Of a stretch of DNA of 64,000 nucleotides, positions 1 to 9,712 are shown one piece after another. Numbering within the stretch: position 1 is the stretch's first letter; every line of letters starts with the position of its first letter. The stretch is taken from the sequence record NZ_CP083859.1; one strand, written 5' to 3'. The notes beneath the pieces are model-generated. The model made no database searches. It saw nothing but the letters and a program-made list of their open reading frames with translations, and was not told the DNA's origin. The position numbers were made by a program, and so were the translations under genes. Origin of the DNA: a plasmid.

Positions 1-1014
1 GTGAATGACAATCAGATTTCTGTTCACTGGTCAGATCTACCGAAAGATGAGCTAACCCGTTTCTGCCAGGATGTCGATGCCGGCACTCAGGGTAATTTCC
101 TCATTGCACCGGTCAAAAAATTGACCCGCCGCAAACGCGGTGAGCATTCCACAAAAGCCAAATGTGAGAACCCGGCCTGGTATCGCCCGGAGCATTATAA
201 AAAGCTCTCCGGACAGCTCGGTCATGCCTACAATCGCCTGGTGAAAAAAGACAAAGAAACCGGGCAGGTCAGCCTGCGCATGCATGTTTCTCGTCACCCT
301 CTCTATGTCGCCGGCCGCCGTAAGGCGGGACGTAAATATGGCTTCCGTCCGGAACGTCAGCGCCTGCTCGATGCGCTCTGGCCAGTGCTCATCAGCTTCT
401 GTGATGCCGGCAAGCATACCGTCGGCATGTGTATCTCCCGTCTTGCAAAAGAACTCAGTGCAAAGGACGCAAAAGGCAATGTCATTCCTGAAACGGAGGT
501 GACGGTGTCACGCCTTTCACGGCTTATTGAGGAACAGGTACGGTTTGGCGTTCTGGGCCTCGCAGAAGAACGCGCCTGGGATCGTGAATCCCGCACCTGG
601 TTGCCAACGTATGTCTATATAACCCCCGTGGGATTCCAGATGCTGGGCGTCGATATGGACAAGCTGTTTAAAGAGCAGGAGAAGAAGCTCCGTCAGAGCG
701 CCGAGCGTGAGCAGCTGATCCGGGAAGGAGTGATGAGCGAACATGATGATGTTCAGGCCCACTCTGCGCGGAAATGCTGGTCTGGCCGTAAGCGTCAGGA
801 GGCACTCGTTTACCGCCGCAAAAAAGGCGCGGAGCGTAAACGTGCCAACAATCTGATTAAGCTGCCGGCAGATGAACGACTCCATGCAATGTCTGAATGG
901 ATTTATCGCACCCTGCCGCCTGATGAAGCGTACTGGTGCACATCTGAGCGCCTGAAGGCGCTGGCCATCCAGCATCTTTACCAGCTGGATCTGGCGCTTT
1001 CTCCACCGGACTAG
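1..1014 (+). CDS. repA: Plasmid replication initiator RepA, IncFII-family-like (5' end outside window)
   Basis: ORF runs from the window edge. The central region aligns in pattern with R1/R100 RepA1 (RRRAIDALLQGLCFHYDP...TLAIECGL vs RQRLLDALWPVLISFCDAG...ISRLAKELS). A terminator and a DnaA-box origin region follow, as in IncFII replicons. Confidence 0.6.
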   Translation: MNDNQISVHWSDLPKDELTRFCQDVDAGTQGNFLIAPVKKLTRRKRGEHSTKAKCENPAWYRPEHYKKLSGQLGHAYNRLVKKDKETGQVSLRMHVSRHPLYVAGRRKAGRKYGFRPERQRLLDALWPVLISFCDAGKHTVGMCISRLAKELSAKDAKGNVIPETEVTVSRLSRLIEEQVRFGVLGLAEERAWDRESRTWLPTYVYITPVGFQMLGVDMDKLFKEQEKKLRQSAEREQLIREGVMSEHDDVQAHSARKCWSGRKRQEALVYRRKKGAERKRANNLIKLPADERLHAMSEWIYRTLPPDEAYWCTSERLKALAIQHLYQLDLALSPPD

Positions 1015-1046
1015 CCACAGACGACACAACAGTCTTCCTGTTTAAA

Positions 1047-1067
1047 GGCCCCTCACCGGGGCTTTTC
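1047..1067 (+). terminator. Putative rho-independent terminator after repA
   Basis: GCCCC-tcacc-GGGGC stem followed by TTTT, 30 bp after the repA stop. Confidence 0.4.
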
Positions 1068-1318
1068 GTGCTGGATTTTTTCGGCCACTCTGCTCATTTT
1101 TCAACCTTCACTCCGTTCTCATTCCGGTCACCATGACGTACTGCGTGTCGTTATGGCCCGCAGTGGCCACTGTCTCGTTTTTTTACACAGAAATCCGCAA
1201 ACGAATAAGTGAAGTAACCCGGAAACGAATAAAAGACATTCCGCAAAACAGTCTTACTTCACCGTTTTTATCTCTCTGTTCATTTCATTCCAGAGTAGAT
1301 CTTTGTTTGCAGTCACTC

Positions 1319-1327
1319 TGTGGATAA
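1319..1327 (+). promoter_or_regulatory. DnaA box (TGTGGATAA) in AT-rich putative oriR region (about 1100-1330)
   Basis: Perfect 9-mer DnaA box at the edge of an AT-rich stretch about 300 bp downstream of repA. Confidence 0.45.
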
Positions 1328-1883
1328 CGAAAAATGCCTTCGCATGCAGCGGCCTCACGGCCGCGCGCTCAGAAGGAAATAAAAAGTACCTCCCGTCGCA
1401 AGCGCCGGGCACCGTTCTCGCCAGAACCGGGCGCCGCATACATACCTGACCCCTGCTAAACCGACGCCGCCCCGGCCCGCGGGCCGGAACACCATCGCTT
1501 TAAGAGGGATGTTGTAACTAGAAGTAAGAGCTGCTGCAGTTAGCGTCGCGGCAAGCCCGCTGTACACGCTCGTAAGCGCCTCACGGCGCTAACGCGGAGA
1601 TACAGCCCGTCAGCGGCCAGAGGCCTTGACGGACTCACTCCGACCGCGCACATTAGCAATCAGAAAGCTTTAAGCGGGTATGGCTTTGCAGGGAAAGGGA
1701 TGGGATTGGCAGAACCTATCAATCCGTAACGGCTGATGCCGGTTACGACGCCCCTCACCAGAATCACCCGGTTCAGCTCCGGCTGGCGTCTCCATGCCGC
1801 TTCGCGGCATACATTTACCCTTTAAAGCAGGGTTGCCTAAATCCGGGAGCGCGATTAGCTTTAACGGGTGATTTTCAATCAGG

Positions 1884-2021
1884 ATGAGAAACATGGATAT
1901 AATTCTTCCGGGAAACAAAAGCCAGGCACGAGTCTGGGCAGAAACCATGATTAATCTGGAGGCCCGCAAACTCGTCGATACCGCTAATATTGTTGGCGCC
2001 CGACATCTGGGGATGGATTGA
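1884..2021 (+). CDS. Small upstream ORF (about 45 aa) translationally coupled to the next gene
   Basis: AGGATGAG RBS, ATG at 1884 or 1893. Its stop TGA (2019-2021) overlaps the TTG start (2018) of the downstream ORF. Confidence 0.25.
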   Translation: MRNMDIILPGNKSQARVWAETMINLEARKLVDTANIVGARHLGMD

Positions 2022-2698
2022 CGCGTCTCAAATTCATCGATGAAATTAAATCTGTCATTAATGGCGAATTTGAGCGTGCCCGGCGGGCAAAGTCTGACGA
2101 AGAGTGCATGACCTGCCTGCGTAACCTGCAGGGCGAAAACACCAGTCTGCTTGAGCAGAGCCGTCAGATCCAGACCGGTTATGCGAAACTATATGCCCAG
2201 ATCAAATACGTCAGGGATGAAGACCGGATGGTCGGTTATGTCATCTCAGGAATTAAAGTGGTGCTGGCAGGTATGCAGGGCGCATTTGGCTTCGTGCTGA
2301 CTTCCTCAATGACCCCCGTTGGCGTTCTTGCCGGGGCTATTCTGATTGTCGACTCGGCCAACACGATAACCCGTGAGGTTGGTCGTCAGTTCCTGAATGA
2401 ACCTGACACGCAGGGTATTTTTGGTGATGGTGCCATGAACATCGCTAAATTCATGGGATTTGAACGATCAACAGGATTGGGGATATACAACGGGATCGCG
2501 CTTGCAGGAAATATCTACAGTGTCTATGGATTAATGGCCAGACCTGGAACATGGCGTCTGTTTAACTATATCAGCACCGATTTTTACCGAAAAATCGACA
2601 CCATGTCCCGGGGCAAACTGACAATGAAAATTGTGGGATGGGGGGTAAAGGCTAAGGTTGTTTTCGATCTGATCACTTCTGATGACGCTGGGAAATGA
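2018..2698 (+). CDS. Hypothetical protein with glycine-rich hydrophobic segments (DUF4225-like), TTG start
   Basis: 226-aa ORF with Gly/Ala-rich predicted membrane helices (GIKVVLAGMQGAFGFVL..., GIALAGNIYSVYGL). No ATG start is available in frame, so TTG is assumed. Confidence 0.45.
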   Translation: MTRLKFIDEIKSVINGEFERARRAKSDEECMTCLRNLQGENTSLLEQSRQIQTGYAKLYAQIKYVRDEDRMVGYVISGIKVVLAGMQGAFGFVLTSSMTPVGVLAGAILIVDSANTITREVGRQFLNEPDTQGIFGDGAMNIAKFMGFERSTGLGIYNGIALAGNIYSVYGLMARPGTWRLFNYISTDFYRKIDTMSRGKLTMKIVGWGVKAKVVFDLITSDDAGK

Positions 2699-2999
2699 GA
2701 TTCCGGCGGTAATGCCATGATTTATAGGCCAGCTTCAAAGGCATGGTAATCGTAAACAGAGTGCCAAGAACAAGAATAGCCACGCCAAAGGAAATGGCAT
2801 GCATCCTCGAGCCCGCCAAAAGTGTGACCACAAAAATCAGTAACATGACTGACAGCACCCATATCAGGGCCTTAAAACGGTTTGCCAGATCGTTCAGGAG
2901 GGTATCCATCTCCGTACCCGTTTTAGCTGAACTGGCCTGCAGCCGGACAATGTCCTCTTCACTGAAGCCGTGGTTCGTCAGATCACTTTCATGGTTCAT
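2673..2999 (-). CDS. Small membrane protein (2 predicted TM helices)
   Basis: 108-aa ORF with a strong GGAGAG RBS. Its 3' end overlaps the 3' end of the convergent 2018-2698 gene by 26 bp. Confidence 0.5.
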   Translation of the reverse strand: MNHESDLTNHGFSEEDIVRLQASSAKTGTEMDTLLNDLANRFKALIWVLSVMLLIFVVTLLAGSRMHAISFGVAILVLGTLFTITMPLKLAYKSWHYRRNLISQRHQK

Positions 3000-3089
3000 G
3001 CTTCTCTCCTTTTCCCTGCGGGAAGTTTAACATGCCCTGCGCTAATAACCAGTTAAGCCCGACCGATAACCTGTCAGGTGGTTACGGGC

Positions 3090-3189
3090 TATCAGTTCTT
3101 TCTCACTGATAGCCATCACGTCATCCTAAGTAAGCCAAAAGCAGACTGTACCAGACCAATAATCCCCAGGTGGCCGGCGTAAGCATAAT
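3090..3189. repeat. 100-bp duplicate of the traX 3' end (copy 1, matches 8901-9000)
   Basis: Near-identical 100 bp (1 mismatch) shared with the 3' end of the intact traX at 8901-9000. It includes a CTATCAG-N10-CTGATAG palindrome. Confidence 0.85.
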
Positions 3190-3227
3190 GGGGTCAGTTT
3201 GGATATAGAGAATTATTGTACGGTAAG
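3190..3227 (+). repeat. Degenerate Tn3-family 38-bp terminal IR (GGGGTCAGTTTGGATATAGAGAATTATTGTACGGTAAG)
   Basis: Begins GGGGTC and ends TACGnTAAG. It is about 68% identical to the IR at 8863-8900/22459-22496. Its first 16 bp are 14/16 identical to the IR at 11880. Confidence 0.45.
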
Positions 3228-3510
3228 CCTGTTTTTTGAAAAGGCTCACCTATAGCGATAAGGTGTACTCCTGCGCTATACGCCATTTTCAGGGGATTTG
3301 ACCTTAATCGAATAACCATCCATGGCAAGTCCCTTCCATTCGTTAAGGTTGCTTTTCGTATTTCGGAGGCATGAAATTGGAAGGAGGCATGAGTGAAAAA
3401 CTGATATTTTTCATCGTCCACTACTTTGTCAATTTTTTATGTAATGACATTTAAGTTAAAAATACTGACTCTAGTTTCAGACACAAAAAATACCAGTTGA
3501 AAGCAGGGGG

Positions 3511-4800
3511 CTATGATTCAGCCTGTACAGCAGTATTTATCTCTTCAACAACCGCCATCATGGCCGAGGCATTCATACTGATTTGCGAGATTATTTCTGC
3601 GGTCTTTTCTGCCGTATTGACAGATTTTATGATCGCATCATTACTCTCACGTATTTTCACTACGGACTTTTTACAGAGTTCGCTGTTCTGCTCAGTAATA
3701 CCCGAAATTTGTTTCGTAGCGGAATCTATCCTGTCCGCCAGAAGACGTACTTCAGCAGCCACAACAGAAAATCCCCGACCATGAATTCCAGCCCGAGCAG
3801 CTTCGATTGTGGCATTCAGTGAAAGCATTTTTGTCTGGACGGCGATATCATGGATAGTATTTGATATTTCAGTTATTTCTGCGGAGCGCTGTGATAATTG
3901 CTGAATATACCCATTCAGCACCGTGGTAGTGGTAATTGCGTCTTCAAGAGCAACAGACGTTTCTGCAATTGCTGCACTGACATGTGATGTCTGCTCCGCA
4001 GTTAAAGATGACACATCATATGCCTTATGCGCCGCCTGTGCTTCAAACTCATTTTTTAACTTCTGTTTTGTAATATCCTGAGCATATTTGACAACCTTCA
4101 TTACCTTTCCGTTAAAATCAAAAACAGGACAGTAACTGGCCTGTAGCCACAAATCCGCACCGTGTTTCGTGATGCGCCGGTATACACCGGTCAGCGTTTC
4201 ACCACAACTTAATCTTTCCCAAAAAAGTGCATACTCAGCAGATGTACTGAAAGTTTTATCGCAAAATAATGAATGGTGTTTACCCTGGATATCTGCCAGG
4301 CTATATCCTGCAGCATTTAAAAAATTATCATTAGCTGTGATAATGTGTCCCGATGGATAAAATGTGATCATTCCCATAGAAAGACTTGCAGCTTTTAATA
4401 ACGCATCCTTTTCAAGAGCTATGACAATACGCTCTGTTATATCACTGGCTATTTTTATGATGCTTTTTACTTTACCCCCCCTGCTTTTAATAGGGATGTA
4501 GTTAGCTTCAAGCCATATTATCGAGCCATCTTTTTTATAACGCATGAACTTGTCAGAAAACGAGTACCCGGCAGAAAGTTTTAGCCAAAAAGACTCATAA
4601 TCTGTACTTTTTACATAGTCTTCATCACAAAATATGCGATGGTGCTGTCCAATCAATTCGTCTCTTTCATAACCAACAACATCAAGAAATTTTTTATTTA
4701 CGTCATAAATGACGCCATCTGTTGAAAACTCTATAAAAGCTGCGTGATCCTGCAGCGCCTTCAGAACAGGTTCTGAAGAATGAATGAATTTTTTAAGCAT
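3511..4800 (-). CDS. Soluble PAS-PAS methyl-accepting chemotaxis protein (Aer-like transducer, no TM segment)
   Basis: Two PAS-like modules followed by an MCP signalling core ([30 protein letters not shown]). The C-terminal part looks short for an MCP. Confidence 0.8.
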   Translation of the reverse strand: MLKKFIHSSEPVLKALQDHAAFIEFSTDGVIYDVNKKFLDVVGYERDELIGQHHRIFCDEDYVKSTDYESFWLKLSAGYSFSDKFMRYKKDGSIIWLEANYIPIKSRGGKVKSIIKIASDITERIVIALEKDALLKAASLSMGMITFYPSGHIITANDNFLNAAGYSLADIQGKHHSLFCDKTFSTSAEYALFWERLSCGETLTGVYRRITKHGADLWLQASYCPVFDFNGKVMKVVKYAQDITKQKLKNEFEAQAAHKAYDVSSLTAEQTSHVSAAIAETSVALEDAITTTTVLNGYIQQLSQRSAEITEISNTIHDIAVQTKMLSLNATIEAARAGIHGRGFSVVAAEVRLLADRIDSATKQISGITEQNSELCKKSVVKIRESNDAIIKSVNTAEKTAEIISQISMNASAMMAVVEEINTAVQAES

Positions 4801-5205
4801 TTTTTAGTCCTGGATAGTTTTTTATCTAAAAAGTCAGGCTCATAAAAAGAAACAGAGTTGGCGACAAGCATATGCCATACAATATTCATGGAATCAACAG
4901 GATAGTGTCTATCAGGAGAAAAGGCAACAGATAAACATGGACATTAAAAAAAATTGTATAACTATATTGAAGTAGGAGTTTAAGTTCAATAGCATAAGAT
5001 TAATGTGTTGATTTATTCTCCGACGGTTGGTTTTGTCGATACCACAATGTTTTCTATAACATTTGGTTATAAAGAGCGCTTTTTTTTCAAGAGAAAGGAA
5101 TTTACATATACCGAAAGTTTATTAAAACTGTTCCTGCTAACTGAAAGCACCACTTTATTTAAAGAAATACATAAATATATCACTTTAGTGAGATAAACGA
5201 TTTAA

Positions 5206-6169
5206 ATGATTAATTCCAACCAGAGAAACGAAGAAAAAAGACAGCTTTCTTTATATAACATCGAGCTTTTGAATACCGGCTCAGATGAACGTTTCGATCG
5301 ACTGACGAGAATAGCGGTAAGGTTGTTTGATGTTCCAATAGCGCTGGTTACACTAATTGATGAAGAACGGCAGTACTTCAAATCCTTATGTGGTGTGGAA
5401 CTGCAACCAATAAATAAAATGGTGTCATTCTGCAATTGGATTTTAAAAACCGGACAGCCTTTGGTCATTGAAGACACATTGATGAATCCAAACTTTTCAA
5501 AAAATCCTCTGGTTACCGGCTATCCTTTTATACGTTTTTATGCAGGATATCCGGTGCGTTTACCCGGCGGAGATATAGCCGGTGCAATCTGCGTGCTTGA
5601 CAGTTCGCCAAAAATCTTTTCCCCAGAGCAAATGTCTTTGCTCATGGACCTCGCAGCAATTGTAGAAGACGAGTTTGAATTATTACAAATAGCCATTAAA
5701 GATTCTTTAACTGAACAATTTAACAGCCGCTCCTATACCCTCTTTCTTGAAAAAACCTTCCGCAAAGCACGATTAAAAAAGAGCGTGTTTAGTGTCATCG
5801 TTATTGATCTCGATGAGTTCAAATTTATCAATGACACCTTTGGACACCATGAAGGCAATAGAGTGCTGAAGGCTTTCGCCCGCATCCTTGAAGAGGTTAC
5901 AGCAGGCAATCACATGATTGCCAGACTCGGTGGTGATGAATTCAGTATTTTACTTACTGACTGACTGCTCAGAGGCTGATGCTGTATCAGTTGTAGAAAA
6001 AATCAAGCTAGCTGTGCATAACTTAAATCAATCCGCTACAATATCCGGTATATTATCATTTTCAGCAGGTACTGCAGAATTTAATGCAGAGAAACATAAG
6101 GTACCTTCCGACATAATGAAAGAGGCAGACATGAAAATGTATGCCATAAAAAATGGAGAGATATCCTGA
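5206..6169 (+). pseudogene. GAF-GGDEF diguanylate cyclase, frameshifted near 5950
   Basis: ORF 5206-5964 ends ...RLGGDEFSILLTD*. The overlapping ORF 5918-6169 continues the GGDEF domain (LLTDCSEADAVSVVEKI...). The intact paralogue at 46690-47664 reads through. Confidence 0.65.
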
Positions 6170-6739
6170 TCCGGTATGTTATACATTATCAGACACTCGC
6201 TCACCACAGTCTCCAACCTCAGTAATGTGGCCCGACAGGACTGTGCAGGTGAAAAAGAGAGAACCGATACGACGCACTTATGACAAAGTCCGGAGCAGAA
6301 ACTCTATATTTGATTGTTTTGAAAACTTAGAATAGACATGGACTACAGAGCAGTCTTGCAACCTCTTGAGTTGCGACAGTGATATCTAATACAGATTCCT
6401 GCCAGTTCTCAATCAGTCTGAGAAGATAATGCATTAGACGAAACCGTGTTTCTCAGCGCCGAGCATATTGCTGAGTTGAGGTGATGCTGGCGTGGCCCAT
6501 CGCGCCTTTAATGCTGATCAATTCCTCGCAATAAGCAAACATCGCGGTCGCAAAGTTTATCCCTGGATCGTGCAGCGCCCTAGTCAGACATGCGGTCGAT
6601 CGTCAGGGGGCAACCTTCTGATGCGCCACTTCTCTCGCCCCGGACCTTGTCAATCCACATTGCTAGCCGCATCTGATGCAGATACTAGTGTCATCTGCTT
6701 CAAATGCACGAAACAGCTGGCCGTACCCCTCCGGCGGGT

Positions 6740-6890
6740 GCGCCGATAACCAAAACGCCTTCGTTCGAGCGCAAGCTTTGTGATACGCCCTGATAAATGT
6801 GCTTCAGCAGCTGTACGCTGATGCACATTTATCAGGGCATATTATCTAGCTGACTCTTGAACGCAGACGTTTTGGTTATCGGCGCATCTG
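6740..6890. repeat. Imperfect inverted duplication (about 75-bp arms) around a GATAAATGTGC...GCACATTTATC palindrome
   Basis: Arms share GCGCCGATAACCAAAACG and GCCCTGATAAATGTGC in inverted orientation. The right arm encodes IWLMLRQEG, an IS3-family orfB N-terminus. Confidence 0.55.
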
Positions 6891-7277
6891 GCTGATGCTG
6901 CGTCAGGAGGGGCTGGCGTCTGAACGGTTTCCGCTTCTGCGTCTGGATGCCCCGAGCCTGACCTGGCCGATGGAGCTTGGAGAAAGAAATACTGAAAAGT
7001 TTGTCCGTCTGTTCCTGTTGCCGGGAGTAGGTCATTGTGGCGGTGGTGAAGGGTTAAATCAGATAGATTTGCTTTCTCCGCTGATGGAATGGACCGAACA
7101 ACATAAGGCACCAGATGTTCTGATTTCGGGCAAGTTGGCCTCTGATACTCATGAAAAAGTGGCAATGCCACCAATGCAGCCGCAGGGAACAATGTCTGAA
7201 GGCAAAATGAAAGCAGAATCTCTTTTTCATGGTCTACAGCTGACCAGTTCTCCGGTTGCTGCAGCTATGCCATTACT

Positions 7278-7583
7278 CTACGTGCTGCTCACCGCTGTTG
7301 TGCAGGGCTTCAGGTTCAGCTCTCTGGCGAACTTCCGCGTTTCATGCGCGGTATACGCTGAACCGTTATCCTTCAGCCACTGTATCGGAGTATCCGGCAA
7401 CCTGTCGCCGAAACGCTTTTCCACCGACCTCAGCATCACATCCTGCACCCTCGAACTGTCGTAGCCTCCGGTGCTTGCCACCCAGTCTATGGCCTCTCTG
7501 CCACAGCAGTCCCGCGCGAACGTGACCCGCAGTTTTTCACCGTTGTCACAGCCGAACTCGAAGCGGTCCGAACTCCACCACAT
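7278..7583 (-). pseudogene. IS3-family (IS2-like) transposase OrfB fragment
   Basis: [27 protein letters not shown]...[14 protein letters not shown]...[23 protein letters not shown] matches the IS2 InsD integrase core. It is truncated at both ends. Confidence 0.7.
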
Positions 7584-7669
7584 ATTGCTTTCTGCTACCG
7601 CGTATTAGACGTCAACTAGTTTTGCCGACTGGCGCCAACTACTCTGGCCGCATCCATTGATAGGTGGTT

Positions 7670-8240
7670 TTAAGCCACGCTGGTTACTGCCTTCGCTGTC
7701 TTTTTCCGGTAACTTTCTCCTTTTAGCTCGAAAATATATCCGTGATGGATCAGCCGGTCGGCTGCTGCCACAGCCATCGTTTCATCCACGAAGATGCTGC
7801 CCCACGTGCTGAACGGATGGTTGCTAGTGATGACCAGACTGCCGCGCTCATCGCGATGCGCGATCAGTTCGAACAACACTCCCGTTTCCGCGTTGTCGCG
7901 TTTGACATACCCGAGGTCGTCTATCACTATCACCCGGTAGCTATCCAGTTTCAGCAGAAGCTCGTTCAGTTTTAGTTGTGTCCGCGCTTTACGCAGCTCC
8001 TGCAGCAGCTCTCCGGCACTGTAGAACCGGGCCCGGTAGCCCAGCCTTACAACACCATCCACGATCGCCTCCGCCAGAAGGCTTTTTCCCAGGCCGCTGG
8101 CACCGAACAACAGGACGTTTTCTACGGCATCAACCCAGTCTGTCGTTTCGCAGAGCTGCCAGAACTGAGCGTTATTCAGTTCCGGCACCTGACTGAAGTC
8201 ATACTCACCCAGCGTTTTCGCCACCGGCAACCGGGCTTCC
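7670..8240 (-). pseudogene. istB: IS21-family IstB helper ATPase, N-terminally truncated (no istA)
   Basis: AKTLGEYDF...LLFGASGLGKSLLAEA...VIVIDDLGY...LVITSNHPFSTWG...DRLIHHG...LKGESYR. The first 30 or so residues of the ORF come from read-through into the neighbouring gene. Confidence 0.7.
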
Positions 8241-8271
8241 TGAGAGTCTGCTCTGTGCCAAATGCTGACGC

Positions 8272-8700
8272 TCAGGAATTGAGTTTCAGGTACTTTAAAA
8301 GCGAGGCTAGAGACTCGACAGGTCCAGCGTGACAACTAGGTGAGCGGGTTTCATCCCAGGGCATTGCATCATCAGTGCAGAAGTCTCCTGCACATTCCAT
8401 TTCAAGACGTTCGTCAATTAAACCAACAGGAACCCAGACATAAGGTACATCTCGCAGACTGTTAGGCACAGTTGAGCCACATACATTGCAAAAATCTGTA
8501 CGGTACCCCGTTGGCTTAGACCATGAAGCAATGCAGTTTTCCCCTTTAATCCAGCGAAACTCACTGTCTTTGACTAGTGTGGCGAGATTGTAACCCACGC
8601 CGCTCTGCTTTCTGCAAAGCGAGCAATGACAACGATAAAACACTGCTGGTTTATGAGTAAGTTCAAATTCAATTGTTCCACACAAACAAGATCCATTCAT
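8272..8700 (-). CDS. GFA-family (glutathione-dependent formaldehyde-activating / CENP-V-like) Cys-rich protein
   Basis: 142 aa with a CLCG...CHCSLC...CNVCG cysteine pattern. Confidence 0.65.
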   Translation of the reverse strand: MNGSCLCGTIEFELTHKPAVFYRCHCSLCRKQSGVGYNLATLVKDSEFRWIKGENCIASWSKPTGYRTDFCNVCGSTVPNSLRDVPYVWVPVGLIDERLEMECAGDFCTDDAMPWDETRSPSCHAGPVESLASLLKYLKLNS

Positions 8701-8862
8701 TTCAAAACCATTCCTGCAAGGCCTAAGAGATTTTATGAAACATTACCATCTTTTTTGTACTGAATAGGAGCGCTCTTTTTGGCAACTCAAAATCAGCTAT
8801 CAGTCGGTCTGAATATCCGCTCTTCGCTCAAAGCTGTCTGTCATGACTCTTTAAAAAACAGG

Positions 8863-8900
8863 CTTAGCGTAGGATGTTTTCCGTTTTCCAAGCAGACCCC
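8863..8900 (-). repeat. Tn3-family 38-bp terminal IR (GGGGTCTGCTTGGAAAACGGAAAACATCCTACGCTAAG) with an adjacent tnpA 3' remnant
   Basis: 35/38 identical to the IR at the tnpA end (22459-22496). It is preceded by AAAAAACAGGCTTAG, the last tnpA codons (KKQA*). Confidence 0.75.
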
Positions 8901-9000
8901 TATCAGCTCTTTCTCACTGATAGCCATCACGTCATCCTAAGTCAGCCAAAAGCAGACTGTACCAGACCAATAATCCCCAGGTGGCCGGCGTAAGCATAAT
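8901..9000. repeat. 100-bp traX 3' segment (copy 2, part of the intact gene)
   Basis: Identical to 3090-3189 apart from 1 mismatch. Confidence 0.85.
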
Positions 9001-9712
9001 AAAAGAAATTACGCGGCATGAAACGCTTGCGGCCCTCCGGACAGATTTTTCTGCAGAAGGAAACCACTGCCAGGGGGAATGCCAGAGTAGGCAGCGTGGC
9101 CAGTAATAATGTTTCTGCGGGCATATCCAGGAGATGCGATAACCCGTTTAAACAAATCAGTGACAGCACGGCAGTGATGGCCGCCAGACGCTGCACTTCG
9201 GGTTTTTCGTTGCCAGAAACGGTTGCCATACTGATGGCCAGCGTTATTCCTGCCAGCCCGTAGCTTGCCTGCTGCAATGGCCAAATCATGATGGCCAGGA
9301 GCAGATATCCCACAAACATTCCTTTCAGGCCGTGCTGGTACTGCAGGGCAATCAGCTGCGTGACGCCGGCAAACACGAACAGAATGTTCAGGGCCCACCA
9401 GGGCTGGTGATGCCAGAAGGCCAGGCTGAACACCGGCTGCGTGATGACTGCCCAGATCCACAGACGATTGGCTCTCTTCTGCAGTCGTTCCGGGGTACGC
9501 TGTACGTTCATCGCCCATATAAGCGTGAACAGGGGGAAGGCCATCCGGCCAAGCGCATACATCACCGGCAATGCTGGCGACAGAAACACCGTATTGATGT
9601 GGTCGATAATCATGGCCAGAAGTGCGAGAAGTTTGACCAAATCTAGAGCTGCGGGACTGAGCTGGCTGGCGTTCCGGATAGTGGGAAGAACGTCGGGTAC
9701 TGAATGATTCAT
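8942..9712 (-). CDS. traX: TraX-family protein (F-pilin acetylase-like), orphan
   Basis: 256-aa polytopic membrane protein with the TraX-type N-terminus (LDLVKLLALLAMIIDH). No other tra genes are nearby. Confidence 0.75.
   Translation of the reverse strand: MNHSVPDVLPTIRNASQLSPAALDLVKLLALLAMIIDHINTVFLSPALPVMYALGRMAFPLFTLIWAMNVQRTPERLQKRANRLWIWAVITQPVFSLAFWHHQPWWALNILFVFAGVTQLIALQYQHGLKGMFVGYLLLAIMIWPLQQASYGLAGITLAISMATVSGNEKPEVQRLAAITAVLSLICLNGLSHLLDMPAETLLLATLPTLAFPLAVVSFCRKICPEGRKRFMPRNFFYYAYAGHLGIIGLVQSAFG

Noticed and set aside
1670-1969. 99-aa minus-strand ORF in the GC-rich region after the origin
   Set aside because: No RBS and no motif. It overlaps the better-supported small plus-strand ORF and lies in a region expected to be regulatory or non-coding in IncFII replicons.
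3194-3421. 75-aa minus-strand ORF right after the IR at 3190
   Set aside because: It sits in the AT-rich promoter/IR region upstream of the MCP gene, has no RBS and is low-complexity.
6895-7464. 189-aa ORF starting MLRQEGLA
   Set aside because: A chimera: a few IS3-orfB N-terminal codons fused to a tannase/feruloyl-esterase-like fragment and then to antisense IS2 sequence. It is not a functional gene, and the fragments are reported instead.
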